Part shown: piece by piece, positions 19,081 through 27,646 of the stretch
Layout: the number at the start of each line of letters is the position of its first letter
Numbering within the stretch: the first letter of the stretch is position 1
Assembly: GCA_021801925.1 (NCBI GenBank)
Contig: JAKABH010000002.1
Span: forward strand, 4,560-68,559
From: Thermoplasmata archaeon
GTDB taxonomy: Archaea > Thermoplasmatota > Thermoplasmata > Lutacidiplasmatales > UBA184
Length of the DNA stretch: 64,000 nt
Reading direction: 5' to 3'
The notes under the pieces: model-generated
What the model saw: the letters and a program-made list of their open reading frames with translations, nothing else
Told to the model about the DNA's origin: nothing
The model's database searches: none
Program-made: the position numbers and the translations under genes

Positions 19081-19515
19081 CTACGGCGCCGACACGGGGC
19101 GTCGCCGTCCGCTCGCCCCGCCGAACACCATCATCAGGAGCCCGCCCAGGAGGCCGAGCCCGCCCAAGCCCTCCATGGCGTAGAGCGCCGCCGAAGAGTG
19201 GCCGGCGAGCAGGTAGACCGTGCCGGCGATCGTGGCCCCGAGGGCGGCCACGGCGGCGAGCGCGGCCGAAGTCCGGGGAAGCGGGAGGTACGTCCGGCCG
19301 ATGGCGGAGGTGGCGTAGCCGGCGACGGCGAGGGTGACCAACGCGAGTCCGATGTGGCTCGCCAGGGTGACCAGCAGGTAGCTGCCCTCGAGCGCCAGCG
19401 ATCCCCCGATCGCCGAGGTCAGCAGGAAGAGCACGAAGACGACGACTCCCCAGCGGCGCAGCGACGGGGGGGTCGGGGCGGGCGGTGCGGTGGACGGAAC
19501 GGACGTCGCGGTCAT
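19081..19515 (-). CDS. Hypothetical integral membrane protein (4 predicted TM)
   Basis: Four hydrophobic helices. Trimmed to ATG 19515 (MTATSVP...). Confidence 0.5.
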   Translation of the reverse strand: MTATSVPSTAPPAPTPPSLRRWGVVVFVLFLLTSAIGGSLALEGSYLLVTLASHIGLALVTLAVAGYATSAIGRTYLPLPRTSAALAAVAALGATIAGTVYLLAGHSSAALYAMEGLGGLGLLGGLLMMVFGGASGRRRPVSAP

Positions 19516-19827
19516 AGGATCCGGCCCGTCACCCCGTACGCCCCTTATCACGGCTTCCCCGCGGAACGTTCGGGCCGTCACCGACCCTCGGTCCGCCGGC
19601 CTCCGGAAACGGGGAGCCGCGGATTCGGGTTCTGGGCGTCCCCCGGAGGGCCCGGCGGGGGGGCCTCGCCGAACGATCGGCCCGATGGGTCGGACGATCC
19701 GCAGCCGGCCGGGACGGTGGAGTCGCCTCCGCCCGGATGCCAAATCCTCGCAGGCCTTCCGTGAAGCCTATAGGGGGGTTCGGGGTCCGTCTGCCGCTCC
19801 ATTGCCGAGTGGACCCACGGTACGAAC

Positions 19828-21258
19828 ATGGACCGGTACGAACGAGTCCCCATTCGCGAAGAGTCGCGCGAGGATCGCCTCGAGCGGTTCGCGCTCATCG
19901 ACCATCCGTACCTTCTCGAGGAGGCCGTCCTCGAGGGCCAGCGGTGCCTCGAGTGCGCGATGCCGTACTGCGTGCAGGGATGCCCGATCACCCAGGATTG
20001 CCGGGGCTACAATGTCCTGATCGGCCAGCGCGATTTCGACGGCGCCGCGCGGCTGACGCTGCGGGACAATCCGCTCGCCAACGTGCTCTGCAAGACCTGC
20101 TACCACTTCTGCGAGGACGACTGCATCATGGCGGGACGGGGGATCCCGATCGCCATCCGGCACCTGAAGCAGGCCGCGCTCCAGTACGGGAAGTCCGACC
20201 TCCAGTACGTCCCCGCCAAGCGGAAGGAGGAGCGGATCGCGATCGTCGGCGGCGGCCCGACCGGCCTCATGGCGGCGTGGGACCTCGCCGTCCGGGGCCA
20301 TCCCGTCACCCTCTTCGAGCAGGAAGGATTCGTCGGCGGTCAGATCAACACGATCCCCCGGTACCATTTGGACGAGGAGTCGCTCAAGATCGATCTGGCG
20401 CGGTGGCGGAACCTCGACATCACCTGGGTGACGGGGAGGCGGGCCGGCGTCGATTTTACCCCGAAGGGCCTCCTGGCCGAGGGGTACGAGGCGGTCCTGG
20501 TCTCGATCGGGGCCTCCAAGCCCCGCGAGCTCAACATCCCGGGAGAGGAGCTTCCCGGGGTCTACCACGCGCTGCCGTTCCTCCTCGCGATGAACGCCCA
20601 GCCGGGGGGCCTGTTCGGCCGGACCGGTCGCCGGGTCGTCGTCATCGGCGCAGGCGACGTCGCGCTCGACGCGGCCCGCTCCGCGCGACGGCTGACGAAG
20701 GGCGGCGAGGTGCTCCTGGTCTACCGCCGGGGTCCCGAGGACATGAAGGCGACCCCCGAGGAGCGGAGCGGCGGGGAGATCGAGGGGGTCCGGTACATCT
20801 TCTACCGGGCGCCGAAGGCGATCCTCGGGGAGGATCACGTGGAGGGCCTGGTCGTCGAGCGCACGGCCCACGGCCCCCCCGATGCCAAGGGCCGTCGGAC
20901 GCTGGTCACGGTGCCGCACTCCGAGGAGACGATCGAGTGCGACATGATCGTCGTGGCGGTCGGCGAGGTCGCGGATGTCTCGGGATTCGATCCGGATTAC
21001 GATTTCAAGTTCTCGTCGATGGGCTGGCCCGAGGGGAAGCGCCCCGATTGGATGACGGACGTCGAGGGGGTCTTCGCGACGGGCGGCCGCTCGGTCGTCC
21101 ACGCCATGGGCGCCGGCGAACGCGCCGCGGCCGCGATCGACGCCTATCTGGCCAAGAAGCACGGTCGGGCCCCCGAACCGCGGCCGGACCCGTTCGGAGG
21201 GGCGGATCCGCCGCCCCCGACCCCGCCCGGCTACGGCGGGGCGACCTGGACCCCGTGA
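19828..21258 (+). CDS. Glutamate synthase small-subunit-like NAD(P)H-dependent FAD/Fe-S oxidoreductase
   Basis: N-terminal Fe-S cysteines (CLECAMPYCVQGCP, CKTCYHFCEDDC), dinucleotide folds IVGGGPTGL and VVVIGAGDVALD. GltD/SudA-type order. Confidence 0.85.
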   Translation: MDRYERVPIREESREDRLERFALIDHPYLLEEAVLEGQRCLECAMPYCVQGCPITQDCRGYNVLIGQRDFDGAARLTLRDNPLANVLCKTCYHFCEDDCIMAGRGIPIAIRHLKQAALQYGKSDLQYVPAKRKEERIAIVGGGPTGLMAAWDLAVRGHPVTLFEQEGFVGGQINTIPRYHLDEESLKIDLARWRNLDITWVTGRRAGVDFTPKGLLAEGYEAVLVSIGASKPRELNIPGEELPGVYHALPFLLAMNAQPGGLFGRTGRRVVVIGAGDVALDAARSARRLTKGGEVLLVYRRGPEDMKATPEERSGGEIEGVRYIFYRAPKAILGEDHVEGLVVERTAHGPPDAKGRRTLVTVPHSEETIECDMIVVAVGEVADVSGFDPDYDFKFSSMGWPEGKRPDWMTDVEGVFATGGRSVVHAMGAGERAAAAIDAYLAKKHGRAPEPRPDPFGGADPPPPTPPGYGGATWTP

Positions 21259-21289
21259 GCGGCGCGGTCACGCCCTCGGGCGGGCCGGG

Positions 21290-21580
21290 TCAGCGCAGGA
21301 CGATCTCGTAGGCCGTGCCATGGGCTTCCCCCGGGGTGGCGCCGGCGTGCGCGTGGGCCTCCCGGAACGCGGGGGAGGCGAGCCAGGCCGTGAAGTCCTC
21401 GCGCCGCGCCCATCGGGTGGCGACGACGACCTCCCGGCCGTCGTCCGCCCGCCAGACCTCCAGCCCTTCGAACCCGGGGGCCCGGTCGACCTTCCCGGCC
21501 CGGTGCCGGAAGGCGTCGATCACCCGGTCGGCGTCGGCGGGGGAGTCGACAGAGATCCGGTTCACGAGCATCCACGTCAT
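21290..21580 (-). CDS. Antibiotic biosynthesis monooxygenase (ABM) domain protein
   Basis: About 96 aa with ferredoxin-like ABM pattern (GFEGLEVWRADDGREVVVATRWARREDFTAW). Trimmed to ATG 21580. Confidence 0.7.
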   Translation of the reverse strand: MTWMLVNRISVDSPADADRVIDAFRHRAGKVDRAPGFEGLEVWRADDGREVVVATRWARREDFTAWLASPAFREAHAHAGATPGEAHGTAYEIVLR

Positions 21581-21650
21581 CGCGCGAGCACCGCGGCCCG
21601 GGTAGTTAACCCCGCCTCCGCCCGCACCCCCCCGCCGGCCCGTTCGATCG

Positions 21651-24600
21651 CTATCCCGTCCGATCCGTCGGAGAGGGGTTCGCCTCGTCGGGGCGGGTCC
21701 CGTAGAGCGCCGGGGCGTCGTCGGTCCGAGGCGCGGACGGCTCGGCACGGGCCGGGGCGGCGCGTCGCGGTCGCTGACGGAGGAGGACGGCGACGACGAT
21801 CACGGCCCCGGCGGCGACCAGCCCCACGATCGGGCCGAGGGTCAGCCACGGGGAGGGCGTCGGGGCCGCGGGGGCCGGCTGGACCTCCACGGCTGCGATC
21901 CGCAGGACGGACGCCCCCGTGCTGTCGTTGACCCAGACGGAGACGAACTGACGCCCCGCGGCCGGGAAGGTGAAGTTCGCGACCGGGCCGGTCTCGAACC
22001 GGGCGGGAGGAAACTCCCACGTCACCGAGATCGGCCGGGCGCCTCCGGTGAGCTCAATCCCGAACTCGGTGGCCGTGCCGGCGACCGGGGACGTCGGCGT
22101 CACGGTGACCGTCGCATTCAGCGCGGGCCAGACCGACAGCGTCGCCGCCCCAACCGAGGTGGCGGAGCCGCCGACCGAGTCGGTCACGGTCGCCCGCACG
22201 TCGAAGACCCCGGGGCCCGTCGGGACGCACGGCAGGATCTCGGTCGTCCCGGCGCAGCCGGGCGGGAGCCCCTGCCACAGGACCTGATAGCCCCCCGCCC
22301 CGCCCGAAATCGCCGCGACCAGATCGACCGTCTCGCCGACGTCCAGACTCGTCCGCCCGAGGGTGACGGCCACGGTCGGCGCCGGAAAGACCCGGAGGGA
22401 GATTGGAAGTCCGCTGACCGTGAAACCGTGGTCGTCCGTCACCTGCACCACCACCGAATAGTTCCCCGCCGCGGTCGGGAGGCAGACGACCGTAGACCCG
22501 GCGACCGGGCAGCCCGAAGGCAAGCCCTGCCACCGGTAGACGTAGCCTCCGGCGCCGTCCTCGGCCGCGGCGCGGAAGGTCACCGACTGCCCGAGATCGA
22601 TGGACGGGGCGCTGGCGTTCGACACGACGACGATCGGATATTGAACGACCGTGTAGTAGAACCCCGGGCTCGTGCGCCGGAGGCCGTTGGCATCGGTGAC
22701 GGTGGCGTACACCGTGCTCGCTCCCGGCGCGGTCGGGGTACAGTTCAGCGGGTCGCCTTCGGTCGGACATCCGGCGGGGAGGCCCTCCCACGCGACCGAA
22801 TAGGGAGCGGCTCCCCCCGCGATCGGCACCGAGAACGACACGGTGCCCCCCAGCGAGAGCCACGGCGAGGAGGCGGTGATGTTGCCGATCGTCGGATCCG
22901 ACTCCACGGAGAGCGTGAGGTTGGACCCCGCCCCCGACACTCCGTTCGCGTCGACCACGGTGGCGGAGATGGTGTAGGTCCCGGCCCGGGTCGGCACGCA
23001 GCTCGCGTTCGGGCCGGAGACCGAGCATCCGACCGGCAGTCCCGACCAGGCGATCGAGTAGGGGGGGCTTCCGTAGGTCACGGTAACGGAGAGGTTGACC
23101 GTCTGGCCGAGGTCGACCGACGATCGGGAGGCGACCGGCCCCGATACGGTGGGGGGCGGGGTCACCGTTTCCGTCAACGTCGCCGAATCACCGTCGGTGT
23201 CCGTGAGCCGGAGGGGGTAGGTCCCCGGCCGGGCGACCGGGGGGACGACGAAGCTCCCGAGCAGCGATCCGTTGGACGCCGTCGTCAGCGTACCGGACGA
23301 GCAGGTGCCGACCGTCGCCCCCGTGCACGCGACCGCCGAGCCGTTGAGCGTGAACGAGACGATCGCCGCGGCCGCGCCGAAGCCGAACGCCGAGAACGTC
23401 GCGTTCTGCCCCGACTCCACCGCCCGGAGTCCGACCAGCGAGGGATCGATGCGCAGCGGCGTCGTAGCGGCGAGCGCGGGGTCGATCCGGGCCAGCGCCC
23501 GCGAGTACTCGAGGGCGACCACGGCCTCTCCTGGGATCGGGTCGAAGGCGACCCCGACGGCCCCACTCCCCGGGGAGACCGTGGCAAGGAGGGAGTCGGA
23601 GGACAGGCTCACGACGGCGACCCCCGTCTCGTAGTAGTACCCGTACCCCCCGAAATACCCATACGTCGCAAACAGCTCCCCGAAGGTCGGGTCGAGGGCG
23701 AGGCCCACGATCGTGATCGCGTTCGGAATCGTGAGGTTGCCGAGGTCCGTCCCGTTACCTGCCGAGCGGATCGCGATCGTCCCGCCGTCCGACTCTCCGA
23801 CCAGCGTCTCGTTCAGGGCGGGGTCGGCCAGGATGGGCGCCGGGCCGAATCCGAGGGGGACCGAGCGGACCTCCGAAAGGTTTCCGGCGTCCAAGACCGT
23901 GAGGTTGTCGCTGTACTGGTTCGAGACCCAGATCTGGTTCGAACCGGGGTCGTAGGCGATCTGTTCGGCCCCGCTCCCGACCGGGGCGGTCGCCACCACC
24001 GAGTCGTTTCCGAGGGCGATCGCCACCACCTCGTCGGCGCTCGGGCAGGTCGCGAACAGGAGGGAGTCGTTCGCGGCCACCGCTATCGCCGCCGGCGCGG
24101 ACGAGAGCGTCAGGTTGCCGACCAGCGCGCCGGACGAGGCGTTGAACACCGAAATGTTGTCGGCGGCCGGGAGGGTCACGTACAGGCGGTCGAGCCCGGG
24201 ATCGACGGCGAGTCCCTGCGGCGTGGTCGTAAGGTTGAGCTGGCCGACCTTGGTGAAGTTGGTGGCGTTCACGACGTCGACTCGACTGTCGACCGGGTCG
24301 AGCACGAACAGCCGGTCGGCCGTCGGATCGACGACGACCTGTTCCGGCTGCCCGCCGATGTTGACTCGGTCGCCGACCCTGGTCCCACCGGTTACCGCCC
24401 TCGCCGTCCGGTTGCCTCCCGGTACGGCCGGGATCCGGACGGTACAGGGACCCCCGGCGGGGCTCGTCAAGGCGCCCGCGGCGGAAACGACGCAGCTGCC
24501 GTTCACCGGCGCGGAGTCGACGGTAATGTTGGCGGTGGAGTTCGGGAGGAAACCGGAACCCGTCGCGACGACCGAAGCGCCGACCGGGGCGGCCGACACG

Positions 24601-24848
24601 TTGAGATGGAACGAGGGCGTGGAGACGTTCGTCGCTCCGACCCGCACGGGGGCCACCCCGATCCCGGAGACGCCCCCGAACGTCGAAGCTCGGGTACCGG
24701 CCGCCGGGACGGGCCCGACCCCCCCCTGGCCCAAGACCGCGGACGTCACGAGCACCAGGGCGATCGCGACTCCGATGCCGAGCGCGCGACGCCCGGGACG
24801 CCGGCTCGCCGAAATCTGCGTCCGTACCACGTCCCCATCTAGCACCAT
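21651..24848 (-). CDS. Large cell-surface protein: signal peptide, YVTN beta-propeller repeats, tandem PKD/Ig-like modules, C-terminal TM anchor
   Basis: N-terminal TM/signal (LGIGVAIALVLVTSAVL). YVTN-type repeats (DRLFVLDPVDSRVDVVNATN, DRLYVTLPAADNISVFNASS, NQIWVSNQYSDNLTVLDAGN). Four repeats with the signature Y-x-[VI]-x-W-x-GLP-x-GC. C-terminal TM LTLGPIVGLVAAGAVIVVAVLL. Confidence 0.85.
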   Translation of the reverse strand: MVLDGDVVRTQISASRRPGRRALGIGVAIALVLVTSAVLGQGGVGPVPAAGTRASTFGGVSGIGVAPVRVGATNVSTPSFHLNVSAAPVGASVVATGSGFLPNSTANITVDSAPVNGSCVVSAAGALTSPAGGPCTVRIPAVPGGNRTARAVTGGTRVGDRVNIGGQPEQVVVDPTADRLFVLDPVDSRVDVVNATNFTKVGQLNLTTTPQGLAVDPGLDRLYVTLPAADNISVFNASSGALVGNLTLSSAPAAIAVAANDSLLFATCPSADEVVAIALGNDSVVATAPVGSGAEQIAYDPGSNQIWVSNQYSDNLTVLDAGNLSEVRSVPLGFGPAPILADPALNETLVGESDGGTIAIRSAGNGTDLGNLTIPNAITIVGLALDPTFGELFATYGYFGGYGYYYETGVAVVSLSSDSLLATVSPGSGAVGVAFDPIPGEAVVALEYSRALARIDPALAATTPLRIDPSLVGLRAVESGQNATFSAFGFGAAAAIVSFTLNGSAVACTGATVGTCSSGTLTTASNGSLLGSFVVPPVARPGTYPLRLTDTDGDSATLTETVTPPPTVSGPVASRSSVDLGQTVNLSVTVTYGSPPYSIAWSGLPVGCSVSGPNASCVPTRAGTYTISATVVDANGVSGAGSNLTLSVESDPTIGNITASSPWLSLGGTVSFSVPIAGGAAPYSVAWEGLPAGCPTEGDPLNCTPTAPGASTVYATVTDANGLRRTSPGFYYTVVQYPIVVVSNASAPSIDLGQSVTFRAAAEDGAGGYVYRWQGLPSGCPVAGSTVVCLPTAAGNYSVVVQVTDDHGFTVSGLPISLRVFPAPTVAVTLGRTSLDVGETVDLVAAISGGAGGYQVLWQGLPPGCAGTTEILPCVPTGPGVFDVRATVTDSVGGSATSVGAATLSVWPALNATVTVTPTSPVAGTATEFGIELTGGARPISVTWEFPPARFETGPVANFTFPAAGRQFVSVWVNDSTGASVLRIAAVEVQPAPAAPTPSPWLTLGPIVGLVAAGAVIVVAVLLRQRPRRAAPARAEPSAPRTDDAPALYGTRPDEANPSPTDRTG

Positions 24849-25262
24849 GACGCTTATCCCTTCCGGAGGTTCGCGGGCGCCACTCGGAGGCCCGACGTGA
24901 CGGTCAAACCCCGCACCAGACCCTCTCCCGCGGCGAAGAAGCGCGACCGGAAAGCCCGCCAGATGCGGATCGCCCGCCGCCGACGCCGGGCGTCGCGGGC
25001 CTGAACCGTCGCGTTCCCGGCTCCGCCGGAGCCGACCGACGCGATTCGACCTTGGAGCTCGGGCCGCGCGCTCGTCGGCTTGCGCGGTCGGCCGTCTCGG
25101 GGCCGCTGTGCGACCCGCCCCGGTCCCCCTCGGTCCGAGGCCCGGCTCGGGTTCGATCTGGGAAGGGCGGCGCGGCTAAGCCGCGGGGGCGCAGCCGAGC
25201 CCGGCGGCTTCGGAGAGGCGCGACCGCGCCGGAAACGCGCGAGGGACCGGGCGAGCTTTCCG

Positions 25263-25269
25263 TTATATC
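25263..25269 (+). promoter_or_regulatory. TATA-like box (TTATATC) 28 nt upstream of the padR ATG
   Basis: AT-rich island in GC-rich DNA at the distance expected for a leaderless archaeal transcript. Confidence 0.45.
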
Positions 25270-25281
25270 GAACTAGATATA
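25264..25281. promoter_or_regulatory. Palindrome TATATC-N6-GATATA overlapping the padR promoter (candidate operator)
   Basis: 6-bp perfect inverted arms (25264-25269 and 25276-25281), verified by hand. Confidence 0.4.
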
Positions 25282-25290
25282 GACGGCGTC

Positions 25291-25824
25291 ATGCCCTCTC
25301 GTTCGGCGGCCCGTCCCGGCCGGCTCCTCGGCCTCTATGCCCTCACGGTCATGGCGCGGGAGGGCCCGCTCCATGGGTATGCGTTGTCGGAGCGGATCGC
25401 CGAGCGGACCGGGGGATCGTGGCGGCCGGGCGCCGGGGCCGTGTATCCGGCGCTCCGCCGGCTCGAAGAGCGTGGGCTCGCCGTGGGCCGCCGGGACGGG
25501 GTGCGCCGGCCGTTCTCGATCACGCCCCGGGGCCGGGCCCTGCTCCGGCAGTTTGCGGCCCGTCCCGCCGACCGATCGGCCGCGGGGCCGGACACGACGG
25601 CCCTCTGGATGGAGATCGTCGGCGAACGCGACCGGGGCCAGTTCCTGTTGCGACGTCTCCGCCGGCATCTCGACGAGGCGCTTCGCTACGCCGAGGCGAC
25701 CCGGGGGACGGTGGCGGGGCGCGCGTTCGACCGGGCGATGGGGATCGAGATCGAGCGGGTGCGCCTCGCCGTCGGGGTCCGTTCCCGGCCGAGGGGCCGG
25801 GGACGTCGACCGGAGGCCGCATGA
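25291..25824 (+). CDS. PadR-family transcriptional regulator
   Basis: The winged-helix pattern HGYALSERIAERTGGSWRPGAGAVYPALRRLEERGL is the PadR signature. Confidence 0.88.
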   Translation: MPSRSAARPGRLLGLYALTVMAREGPLHGYALSERIAERTGGSWRPGAGAVYPALRRLEERGLAVGRRDGVRRPFSITPRGRALLRQFAARPADRSAAGPDTTALWMEIVGERDRGQFLLRRLRRHLDEALRYAEATRGTVAGRAFDRAMGIEIERVRLAVGVRSRPRGRGRRPEAA

Positions 25825-26891
25825 GCGCCCCGACCCCCTCGACGGCGCCGATCGGCGAGGAGTTCGCGGTGCGCGCCGTCCCGGAAGCCCTCGCGGGAGC
25901 CCCCGCCGGAGGGATCGAGGTCCGGGGGGTCACCAAGCGGTACGGCAGCGCCGAGAAGGGGATCCTGGCGCTGGAGGGGGTTTCCCTGTCGGTCGAGCCC
26001 GGGACGATCTTCGGGCTCCTGGGGCCGAACGGCGCCGGGAAGACGACCCTCATCAAGGTCCTCACCGGTATCGCCCCGATCACCGAGGGGTCGGCGAGCG
26101 TCGCCGGGTTCGATGTCCGGCGCGACCCGATGGAGGTGAAGCGACGGATCGGCTGGGTCGCCGCCGAGGTGATCCTCGACGACGACATCACCGCCCGCGA
26201 GAACCTCTGGCTGCAGGCCCGGCTCCAGTCGTTGCACGACTGGAAGGAGCGGTCGGAGGCGTTGCTCGCCTACTTCGGGCTCACCGACCGGGCGGACGAC
26301 CGGGTCGGGCGGTACTCTACCGGGATGCGGAAGAAGCTCGAGATCGCGCTCGCGCTCTTGCACCAGCCCGCGGTGATCTTCATGGACGAGCCGACGATCG
26401 GCCTGGATGCGAGCACCCGCCGGGGACTCTGGGAGCTCGTGACCGGGGTCCGACGGGAGTTCGGCATCACGGTCCTCCTGACCACCCACTACATCGAGGA
26501 GGCGGATGCCCTCTGCGACCGCATCGCGATCATCGACCACGGCCGCATCATCGCGGAAGGTACGCCGAACGAGCTCAAGGCCCGCGTGCACGCGGACCTC
26601 GTCCGCCTGGAGACCGAGGAGCGGCTCGATCCGGCCCGCCTCCAAGCGCTGCCGGGCGTCCAGCAGGTTTCGCCGATCGGCACCGGCTGGCAGATCCGCG
26701 TCGCCGCCGCGGAGGCGTTCCTCCCGCGGCTGTTCGCCACGATCGACACGACCCGGGTGCAACGGATCAGCGTCGACAAGCCGAGCCTCGAGACGGTCTT
26801 CCTCCAGCTCACCGGGCGCAGCATGGACGCCGACGAGGGGAAGGCCGACTTCCGCAAGTTCTACGTCCAGATGCGGAGGCTCCGCCAATGA
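25821..26891 (+). CDS. ABC transporter ATP-binding protein (DrrA/ABC-2 type)
   Basis: ATG overlaps the padR stop (ATGA). Walker A GPNGAGKTT, signature YSTGMRKKL, Walker B VIFMDEPTIGLD. The 603-aa ORF is trimmed. Confidence 0.92.
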   Translation: MSAPTPSTAPIGEEFAVRAVPEALAGAPAGGIEVRGVTKRYGSAEKGILALEGVSLSVEPGTIFGLLGPNGAGKTTLIKVLTGIAPITEGSASVAGFDVRRDPMEVKRRIGWVAAEVILDDDITARENLWLQARLQSLHDWKERSEALLAYFGLTDRADDRVGRYSTGMRKKLEIALALLHQPAVIFMDEPTIGLDASTRRGLWELVTGVRREFGITVLLTTHYIEEADALCDRIAIIDHGRIIAEGTPNELKARVHADLVRLETEERLDPARLQALPGVQQVSPIGTGWQIRVAAAEAFLPRLFATIDTTRVQRISVDKPSLETVFLQLTGRSMDADEGKADFRKFYVQMRRLRQ

Positions 26892-27646
26892 TGAGCCAGC
26901 TGTGGGGGCTCTACGCGCGCGAGGTGCTCCGGACGTTCCGCAACCCGTTCGTGCTCGCCTTCACGGTGATCTCGCCGTTCATGTGGCTCGTCTTCTTCGG
27001 CTCCAGCTTCGCGAGCGACGCCCAGTACCTGCACCTCGGGACCAACAACTACATCGCCTTCCTGCTGCCGGGCGTCCTCTCCACGTCGATGCTCTCGATC
27101 GGGATGTTCGGCTCGATGAGCACGATCCAGGACAAGCGGTTCGGATTCATGAAGCGCATCTTGATCACTCCGACCTCGAAGGGAACGGTCTTCCTCGCGA
27201 AGGCGTTCGGGGCGGCGACCCGCGGCCTCATCCAGATCCCCATCATGATCGTCGCCGCGCTCGTCTTCGGGGTCACCTTCCCGCTCTCCGTGCTCGACTG
27301 GGTCGCCTGGATCGTCGGCCTCATGTTCCTCGGGATCGGCTTCTGCAGCCTCTTCCTCGCGATGACGGCGTCGAGCACCGACTGGCAGACCCCCGGGGTC
27401 GTCTCGAACTTCATCACGCTCCCGCTGATGTTCTCGAGCAGCTACCTGGTCCCGAACACGACGTTCCCGCCGTGGCTGCGCGCCCTGTCGGACGTGAACC
27501 CGATCACGTTCGCGACGGAACTCGGCCGCTCGTTCGTGATCGGCGGCGGCACGCCGGGGATCGACCTCGGATACCTCGCGATCTGGGCGGCGGTCCTGGG
27601 CGGGATCGGCTACGTCGTTTCGGCGCGCTACCTCAAGGTCGAGTAG
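26888..27646 (+). CDS. ABC-2 type transporter permease
   Basis: ATG overlaps the ATPase stop. Six hydrophobic helices, ABC-2 membrane-domain pattern. Confidence 0.85.
   Translation: MMSQLWGLYAREVLRTFRNPFVLAFTVISPFMWLVFFGSSFASDAQYLHLGTNNYIAFLLPGVLSTSMLSIGMFGSMSTIQDKRFGFMKRILITPTSKGTVFLAKAFGAATRGLIQIPIMIVAALVFGVTFPLSVLDWVAWIVGLMFLGIGFCSLFLAMTASSTDWQTPGVVSNFITLPLMFSSSYLVPNTTFPPWLRALSDVNPITFATELGRSFVIGGGTPGIDLGYLAIWAAVLGGIGYVVSARYLKVE

Noticed and set aside
19768-21311. ORFs 19768..21162 (-) and 19737..21311 (+)
   Set aside because: They are alternative frames or antisense over the GltD-like gene.
22428-24842. 804-aa plus-strand ORF
   Set aside because: It is antisense to the YVTN/PKD surface-protein gene. 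It is R/G/D/E-rich and lacks structure-like patterns.
25080-25820. N-terminal 247 aa of ORF 25080..26891, and ORF 25337..27646 as a single 769-aa protein
   Set aside because: These are alternative-frame extensions over padR and the ATPase. The real ATPase and permease starts are the ATGs at 25821 and 26888, both overlapping the preceding stops.
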